Source: Armatimonadota bacterium
Lineage (GTDB): Bacteria; Sysuimicrobiota; Sysuimicrobiia; Sysuimicrobiales; Humicultoraceae
DNA: 31,670 nucleotides
Direction: 5' to 3'
Assembly (NCBI GenBank): GCA_037443365.1
Contig: JBBIOM010000023.1
Span: forward strand, 1-31,670
Below are positions 26,720-31,670 of the stretch, piece after piece. The number at the start of each line of letters is the position of its first letter. Position 1 is the first letter of the stretch. Made by a program: the position numbers and the translations under genes. The notes under the pieces were generated by a model. That model was not told the origin of the DNA, did no database searches, and saw only the letters and a program-made list of their open reading frames with translations.

Positions 26720-28233
26720 CAGGCCTCCTCCGTCGCGCGCGACCCGGCGAGCCCCACTGCGCAGCGCAGCAGGTCCTCCTGGGTCGCCTGACCTCTGCCG
26801 TACTCCGCCGCTATGCGGCCGCGGTGCATGACCATGATTCGGTCGGCCATGGCCAGGACCTCTGGGATCTCCGAGGAGAGCATCAGCAGCCCCACACCCA
26901 GGCCGCACAGCCGGCCCATGAGGTGAAAGACCTCGGTCTTGGCGCCGACGTCGATCCCCCGCGTGGGTTCGTCGAAGATGAGCACGCGCGACCTGCTGGC
27001 CAGCCACTTGGCGAGCACGACCTTCTGCTGGTTGCCCCCGCTCAGGTACTTGACCGGCCTCGCAAGAGTCGGCGGCTGAATCCTCAAGTCCTCGACCAGC
27101 CGGGCCCCGACCCGCTGCTCCTCGCGATGATCAATGACGCCGGCTCGTGTGACGCTGTCGAGACTGGCGAGCGTGATGTTGGGAGGCAGCCCCATCATCG
27201 GCACCAGCCCTTCCCGACGGTCCTCTGTCGTGTAGCCGATGCCGTGCCCGATCGCCTGCTCGGGCGAGGTGATAACGATCTCCTTGCCGTTGACCACGAT
27301 CTGGCCGCGGGTCGAGCGCGTCATGCCGAACAGCGCGCGCGCCAGGGTTGTGCGCCCTGCGCCGCGCAGGCCGAAGATGCCCAGGATCTCGCCCGCGCGA
27401 AGCGTGAAGCTCACCCCCGCCAGCAGGCCGCCGGCGTGAAGGTCCCGGACGGTCAGCACCGGATCGCCTATGGGCACGTGGGCCTTGGGAAACCGCTCCC
27501 TGATGTCGCGCCCGACCATCATGCGCACCACGGCGTCCTCAGGGGCTTCGGCCACCGGCAGCGTGCCGACCTTGCGGCCGTCGCGCAGCACCGTGACGCG
27601 GTCCCCGATCTCCCTGATCTCTCCCAGCCGGTGCGACGTGTAGAGCACGGAGACGCCCTTGCCGCGCAGTCCCCGCAACAGGCCAAACAGCCGGTCGCGC
27701 TCCCGGTCGGACAGCGCCGAGGTGGGCTCATCCAGCAGCAGTATCTGAACGTCCAGGGCCAGGACCCTCGCGATCTCGGTGAGCTGCTGCTCCGCCACCG
27801 ATAGGCTGCGCACACGCGCACGCGGGTCAATCTGCACCCCCAGACTGCCCAGCACACCCTCGGCCCGATCCGCCATCTCTGACCAGGAGATCAGCCCGCC
27901 GGCGCGGGTCGGCCAGCGTCCAAGGAAGATGTTCTCCGCCACGGTGAGGCCAGGGATCAGGCTGAGCTCCTGGTAGACCATCCCGATCCCAAGCGTCCGC
28001 GCGTCATGGGCGTCACTGATCTCAACCGGCCGGCCCCGCAGCAGTATGCGCCCGGCGTCCTTGGGGACCGATCCGCTCAGGACCTTGAGCAGGGTGGACT
28101 TCCCGGCGCCGTTCTCGCCGAGCAGCATGTGGATCTCGCCCTCGGCGAGGTCGAGGTCCACGCGGTGCAGGGCGTGGACGCCGGGGAAGCGCTTGTCAAT
28201 GCCCTCGGCTCGGAGGATCTCGCCGGCAGACAC
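26719..28233 (-). CDS. sugar ABC transporter ATP-binding protein, tandem NBD (RbsA-like)
   Basis: GENGAGKST, LLLDEPT, LSGGNQQK and DEPTRGIDVGAK. Start set at GTG 28233. Confidence 0.94.
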   Translation of the reverse strand: MSAGEILRAEGIDKRFPGVHALHRVDLDLAEGEIHMLLGENGAGKSTLLKVLSGSVPKDAGRILLRGRPVEISDAHDARTLGIGMVYQELSLIPGLTVAENIFLGRWPTRAGGLISWSEMADRAEGVLGSLGVQIDPRARVRSLSVAEQQLTEIARVLALDVQILLLDEPTSALSDRERDRLFGLLRGLRGKGVSVLYTSHRLGEIREIGDRVTVLRDGRKVGTLPVAEAPEDAVVRMMVGRDIRERFPKAHVPIGDPVLTVRDLHAGGLLAGVSFTLRAGEILGIFGLRGAGRTTLARALFGMTRSTRGQIVVNGKEIVITSPEQAIGHGIGYTTEDRREGLVPMMGLPPNITLASLDSVTRAGVIDHREEQRVGARLVEDLRIQPPTLARPVKYLSGGNQQKVVLAKWLASRSRVLIFDEPTRGIDVGAKTEVFHLMGRLCGLGVGLLMLSSEIPEVLAMADRIMVMHRGRIAAEYGRGQATQEDLLRCAVGLAGSRATEEA

Positions 28234-28243
28234 CCCAGGGCCC

Positions 28244-29002
28244 CTATTGCGCCGTGTACCCGCCGTCCACGGACAGCACGGCGCCGGTGGCGTAGCCAAG
28301 CTCGTCCGACGCCAGGCACAGGATACCGAAGGCGATCTCCTCGGGCTGCCCCAGCCGGTTCATGGGCCTGACCGACTCGAGCGCGCGCCGGGCCGCCGCC
28401 GGATCGGGCTGGCGCCGCACGGCCGCGGCGACAAGGGGCGTGTCGGATGTTCCGGGACAGATGCAGTTCACGCGAACCTCCGGTGCGCCGTCCACGGCAA
28501 GGCTGCGGGTGAGCCCGATCAGGCCTGCCTTGGTGACATTGTACGCGACCTGTCCCCTGATCCCGACGAGGCCGGCCTCGGAGGCCACGTTGACGATCAC
28601 GCCGCCGCCCCCGCGCCGCATGACCGGCAGGCTGTACCGGGCGCACAGGAACGGGCCGGTCAGGTTCACGTCCAGCATGCGCTGCCAGTCGCCTTCGGTT
28701 GTGGCCTCGGCGTCCCCCTGCATGTAGATGGCGGCGTTGCACACCAGGATGTCGAGACGCCCGAATGTCTCCACGGTCGCCTCGACCATCATGCGAACCT
28801 CCTCCGGATGGGACACGTCCGTTGGCACGAAGGCGGCCTCGCCGCCCTCGGTGGTGATCTGCGCAACCGTGGCGGCGCCCGCGTCCTTGTCCAGGTCCGC
28901 CACGATGACACGGGCGCCCTCGCGCGCAAACAGGAGGGCAGCGGCGCGGCCGATGCCTGCGCCTCCTCCGGTGATCACCGCCACCTTGCCGCGTACACCC
29001 AT
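28244..29002 (-). CDS. classical short-chain dehydrogenase/reductase
   Basis: TGGGAGIG, ADL (acidic, NAD-type), NAA, YNVTK, RVNCICPG and DGG. Confidence 0.93.
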   Translation of the reverse strand: MGVRGKVAVITGGGAGIGRAAALLFAREGARVIVADLDKDAGAATVAQITTEGGEAAFVPTDVSHPEEVRMMVEATVETFGRLDILVCNAAIYMQGDAEATTEGDWQRMLDVNLTGPFLCARYSLPVMRRGGGGVIVNVASEAGLVGIRGQVAYNVTKAGLIGLTRSLAVDGAPEVRVNCICPGTSDTPLVAAAVRRQPDPAAARRALESVRPMNRLGQPEEIAFGILCLASDELGYATGAVLSVDGGYTAQ

Positions 29003-29047
29003 GCCGTCATCCCTCCATCTGTCCGGCCACCCAACGTGTCTCGCCAG

Positions 29048-29077
29048 TGGCCGGGAGCCGATCGCGGCTCCCGGCCA
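29048..29077 (-). other. 13-bp perfect stem-loop after the binding-protein gene (mRNA-stabilising or partial terminator)
   Basis: TGGCCGGGAGCCG-ATCG-CGGCTCCCGGCCA, with no U-tract. Confidence 0.6.
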
Positions 29078-29086
29078 GGCGTCCGC

Positions 29087-30220
29087 CTACTTGAACTTGG
29101 CCTTGATCGCGGCCCAGTTGACCGGCTCCAGCTTGGGGTTGGGATAGTAGTCCCGCGCGTTGCCCTTCCACACGGTGCGCGGGCGGATGTCGAAGAGCTG
29201 GGGCACGTCCGCCTTCTGGCCCAGCGCAAGCATCACGGCGAACTTGGTCCCGTACCAGCCCCACTCGGGGAAGCCGTGCCAGGTCTCGGCGATGAGGCGA
29301 CCCTCGGCGATGCGCTCCGTGGACTCCGGGGTCACGTCGTTCGTGAAGACCTTGACCTCTGTGCGCTTTGCGGCCTCGGCAGAGAGCATCGCTCCCAGCC
29401 CCATCTCGTTGGACGCCGCCCAGATCGCGTCGAGGGTTCCCTTGGGATTGCGGGTCAGGAAGTCCTCGGCGGCCTTTCGCCCCTTCTCGCGGTTCCAGTC
29501 GGCCGGAAGCGTGCCGACGACCTTGACCCCGGGGAACGGACCCACGACCTTGTTGAACCCGTTCAGGCGGGCCGTGGAGAAGAACCCACCCGCGACGCCC
29601 TCGATGATCGCCACGCGCGCCTTGACGGCCGCGGTCTTGGGGTCCACGCCCTTGTAGCGGTCCTGCCACCACTTGAGGTCGAGATAGGTGCCGGGCTTCA
29701 CGTCTACCTTCCGCCCGGTTCCGAGCACGCCCGGGCCGCCGTAGTAGTCGAGGAGCGAGTATGCGGAGATCATACCCGCCACCGTGTTGTCAAACCCGAT
29801 ATAGGAGGCGACGTCCACGCCCTTGATCGGCTCGAGCAGGTTGACGATGATCACCGGGATGCCCGCGGCGTTCGCCTTCTTGATGGCCGGGATGACCACC
29901 TCGACCTCGATGGGCGAGATGGCGATCACGCTGACCTTGCGCTGGATGTAGTCCTCGATGATGGCCACCTGGTCGGCGAAGGCGACGTGTGTGGCCGGAG
30001 AGCGGCTGATCACCTGGACCTCGACGCCGGCCTTCTTGGCGTCGGCCGCGCCCTTCTCGAAGAAGTCGGTGGCGGTCTTGAAGACGCCGGTTATGTCAGG
30101 AGGCGTCCAGCCGATCACCACCTTGGGAAGCGGGGGTCCTGCCATTGAGGACAGGCTGAGCGCGAGCACCGCTGCCACGCTCAAAGTGACGACGCGCCAC
30201 GTCAGAACGCGACACTTCAT
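29087..30220 (-). CDS. sugar ABC transporter substrate-binding protein (class I, RbsB-like)
   Basis: Signal peptide, AIKKANAAGIPV, YIGFDN, RLNGF, ADWNREKG and ASNEMGLGA. GGAGG SD. Confidence 0.9.
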   Translation of the reverse strand: MKCRVLTWRVVTLSVAAVLALSLSSMAGPPLPKVVIGWTPPDITGVFKTATDFFEKGAADAKKAGVEVQVISRSPATHVAFADQVAIIEDYIQRKVSVIAISPIEVEVVIPAIKKANAAGIPVIIVNLLEPIKGVDVASYIGFDNTVAGMISAYSLLDYYGGPGVLGTGRKVDVKPGTYLDLKWWQDRYKGVDPKTAAVKARVAIIEGVAGGFFSTARLNGFNKVVGPFPGVKVVGTLPADWNREKGRKAAEDFLTRNPKGTLDAIWAASNEMGLGAMLSAEAAKRTEVKVFTNDVTPESTERIAEGRLIAETWHGFPEWGWYGTKFAVMLALGQKADVPQLFDIRPRTVWKGNARDYYPNPKLEPVNWAAIKAKFK

Positions 30221-30347
30221 CTATCTCCTCCCCTCCCTGCTCAGAGGCATCTTGAACACGCCCGTGCGTTACTCGACGCTCTCACCCCCATCCCAGGAAG
30301 AATGCCTCCCGACCAGAGTCCCTCCCGAGTGGCATCTCATGACAGGC

Positions 30348-30377
30348 AAATGTACGGATGTCTTGTCGTCCATCCGT
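30348..30377. promoter_or_regulatory. candidate GntR/HutC operator
   Basis: ACGGATG-N10-CATCCGT inverted repeat (30354-30377) and an imperfect palindrome ATGTACGGATGT (30350-30361), just downstream of the -10 box. Confidence 0.5.
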
Positions 30378-30384
30378 CGTGTCC

Positions 30385-30415
30385 ATTATACGGTGCCCCT
30401 GCAGGACGGTGTCAA
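30385..30415 (-). promoter_or_regulatory. sigma70-type promoter of the sugar operon, TTGACA-N19-TATAAT
   Basis: Perfect -35 (30415-30410) and -10 (30390-30385) hexamers in otherwise GC-rich DNA. Confidence 0.7.
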
Positions 30416-30474
30416 CAACGAAACCGGGCATCACGCCTTCCCGGGAAGTGTGCCTTGAGACACCGACGGGGCAG

Positions 30475-30502
30475 GAGGGGTTTGCGGAGCAGTCCGCCGA
30501 AC
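30475..30502 (+). promoter_or_regulatory. candidate SigH-like promoter (GAGGGG-N18-GAAC) for the small ORF and esterase
   Basis: Recurring motif, 17 nt before ATG 30520. Confidence 0.35.
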
Positions 30503-30519
30503 AGGTTGAGGGGTGCTGG

Positions 30520-30606
30520 ATGCTCAAGTCGCTCAGATGCCCGGTCTGCGGAAAGCCACTTGGCCAGGACGAGTTCCAGCAGCGACTATCGGGGGTGACG
30601 ACATGA
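30520..30606 (+). CDS. 28-aa small ORF with a CPVCG knuckle (leader peptide or gene remnant)
   Basis: MLKSLRCPVCGKPLGQDEFQQRLSGVTT*, with a GAGGGG SD-like site. The stop overlaps the esterase start (ATGA). Confidence 0.4.
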   Translation: MLKSLRCPVCGKPLGQDEFQQRLSGVTT

Positions 30607-31664
30607 GGAGCAGGGCTTGGGCGGTGGTCGGGTGTCTGATCGCGGCAGCACTCATGCTGGGCCCGGCATCCGGAAGGGCCCCGGCAGCACAGGCGGTACC
30701 GGATTGGGAGGAAGTCACCCCGGGCCCGTGGGCTGTGTGCAGCGACGGCTCGCCTTTCAGGTTCTACGTGTGCCCGGGCAACCCGAAGAAGCTCGTCATC
30801 TTCTTTCAGGGCGGCGGAGCGTGCTGGGACGCGGGCACCTGCGCAGCCGGCATACACAGGGCGCGTGTCGAGGTGGACGAGTTGCGGGCCGCACAAGGCA
30901 TGCACGCCCGCTGGAACTTCGACAACCCGTTCCGTGGGTGGACGTTTGTCTGGATCCCCTACTGCAGCGCCGATATCTTTTGGGGCGACGCGGTGCGAAC
31001 CTACGCGCCTGGGCTCACTGTTCATCACCGCGGGGCCAACAACGCGCGTGCAGCGCTCCTGTGGGCGTATGCCCGAGTACCTGATCCAGAGGTGGTGGCG
31101 GTCGTGGGGCGCAGTGCCGGCGCCTACGGCTCTCTCATGTGGGCGCCGCACGCCATGCGGCGCTACCCGAGGGCGCGCGTCGTACAGATGGGGGACGTCG
31201 GCGCCGGAGTGATGACCGACGCCTTTGGCAGGCAGGGCTTCGACACCTGGAACATCGCGGGCGCCCTTCCCGAGTGGGTTCCAGCCACGGCGCGCCTGCG
31301 GTCCCGGCCCGAGACGCTGGGCGTTCCCCAGATGTACGCGGAGATCGCCCGGGCCTATCCCCGCAACGCGCTGTCCCAGTTCAACACCGTCCTCGACAGC
31401 ACGCAGATCTTCTTCTACGCCCTGATGAAAGGCGAGCGCACGCCCAGCCCGGCGACGGCGGCGGAGTGGTCGGCGAAGATGCAGGCCTCGCTACGGCAGA
31501 TCAAGTCCGATGCGCCGAACTTCTTCAGCTACACGGCTCCCGGCAGCCGGCACGGCATCCTGACCTTCCCGGAGTTCTACACGGAGACGGTCGGCGGCGT
31601 ACGCTTCGTGGACTGGCTGAGGCAGCTCCTGCGGGGCTGGCAGCCAGGAGACGTGCGGCCGTAG
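30603..31664 (+). CDS. secreted pectinacetylesterase/Notum-like alpha/beta hydrolase
   Basis: Signal peptide, CSDGS, FFQGGGACW, IPYCSAD, HHRGANN, GRSAG nucleophile elbow and C-terminal RHG (His). GGGGGTG SD before ATG 30603. Confidence 0.88.
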   Translation: MRSRAWAVVGCLIAAALMLGPASGRAPAAQAVPDWEEVTPGPWAVCSDGSPFRFYVCPGNPKKLVIFFQGGGACWDAGTCAAGIHRARVEVDELRAAQGMHARWNFDNPFRGWTFVWIPYCSADIFWGDAVRTYAPGLTVHHRGANNARAALLWAYARVPDPEVVAVVGRSAGAYGSLMWAPHAMRRYPRARVVQMGDVGAGVMTDAFGRQGFDTWNIAGALPEWVPATARLRSRPETLGVPQMYAEIARAYPRNALSQFNTVLDSTQIFFYALMKGERTPSPATAAEWSAKMQASLRQIKSDAPNFFSYTAPGSRHGILTFPEFYTETVGGVRFVDWLRQLLRGWQPGDVRP

Positions 31665-31670
31665 AGCGCC

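Noticed and set aside
1-31670. Mobile elements, prophage, defence systems, CRISPR, tRNA/rRNA
   Set aside because: No recognisable recombinase, transposase, nuclease, repeat-spacer array or structural RNA signature, and composition looks uniform by eye.

Overview
A GC-rich (roughly 70% by eye), densely coding bacterial chromosomal window. I found no rRNA, tRNA, CRISPR array, integrase or transposase. The left third (1-12.4 kb) holds housekeeping and signalling genes: a DAO/sarcosine-oxidase-beta-like flavoprotein, a NagD-like HAD-IIA phosphatase, a degraded PPOX-like gene missed by the ORF track, fabH, a DHA1 MFS exporter, a secreted DUF3108-like protein, an exported M16B protease pair, a cold-shock protein, an OmpR/BaeS-like two-component system and a membrane PAS-GAF-GGDEF diguanylate cyclase. 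The centre and right (12.4-30.2 kb) are 16 co-oriented minus-strand genes in two blocks. The first is a 12-gene sugar/polyol uptake and catabolism operon that I cannot match to a pathway I know: CUT2 ABC transporter, SDR, embedded HutC-type GntR, ketose 3-epimerase, Gfo/Idh/MocA, Zn-ADH, ALDH, cupin PGI, FGGY kinase and 2-hydroxyacid dehydrogenase. The second is a DUF1177-DUF917-AroM-ADP-forming acyl-CoA synthetase cassette with its own candidate promoter. A secreted pectinacetylesterase/Notum-like esterase, preceded by a 28-codon CxxC ORF, is transcribed divergently at the right end. Non-coding signals include a SigH-like promoter motif recurring at about 7 gene starts and a perfect TTGACA/TATAAT promoter with an atypical 19-bp spacer. 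All family assignments come from motifs recognised by eye; no searches were run.
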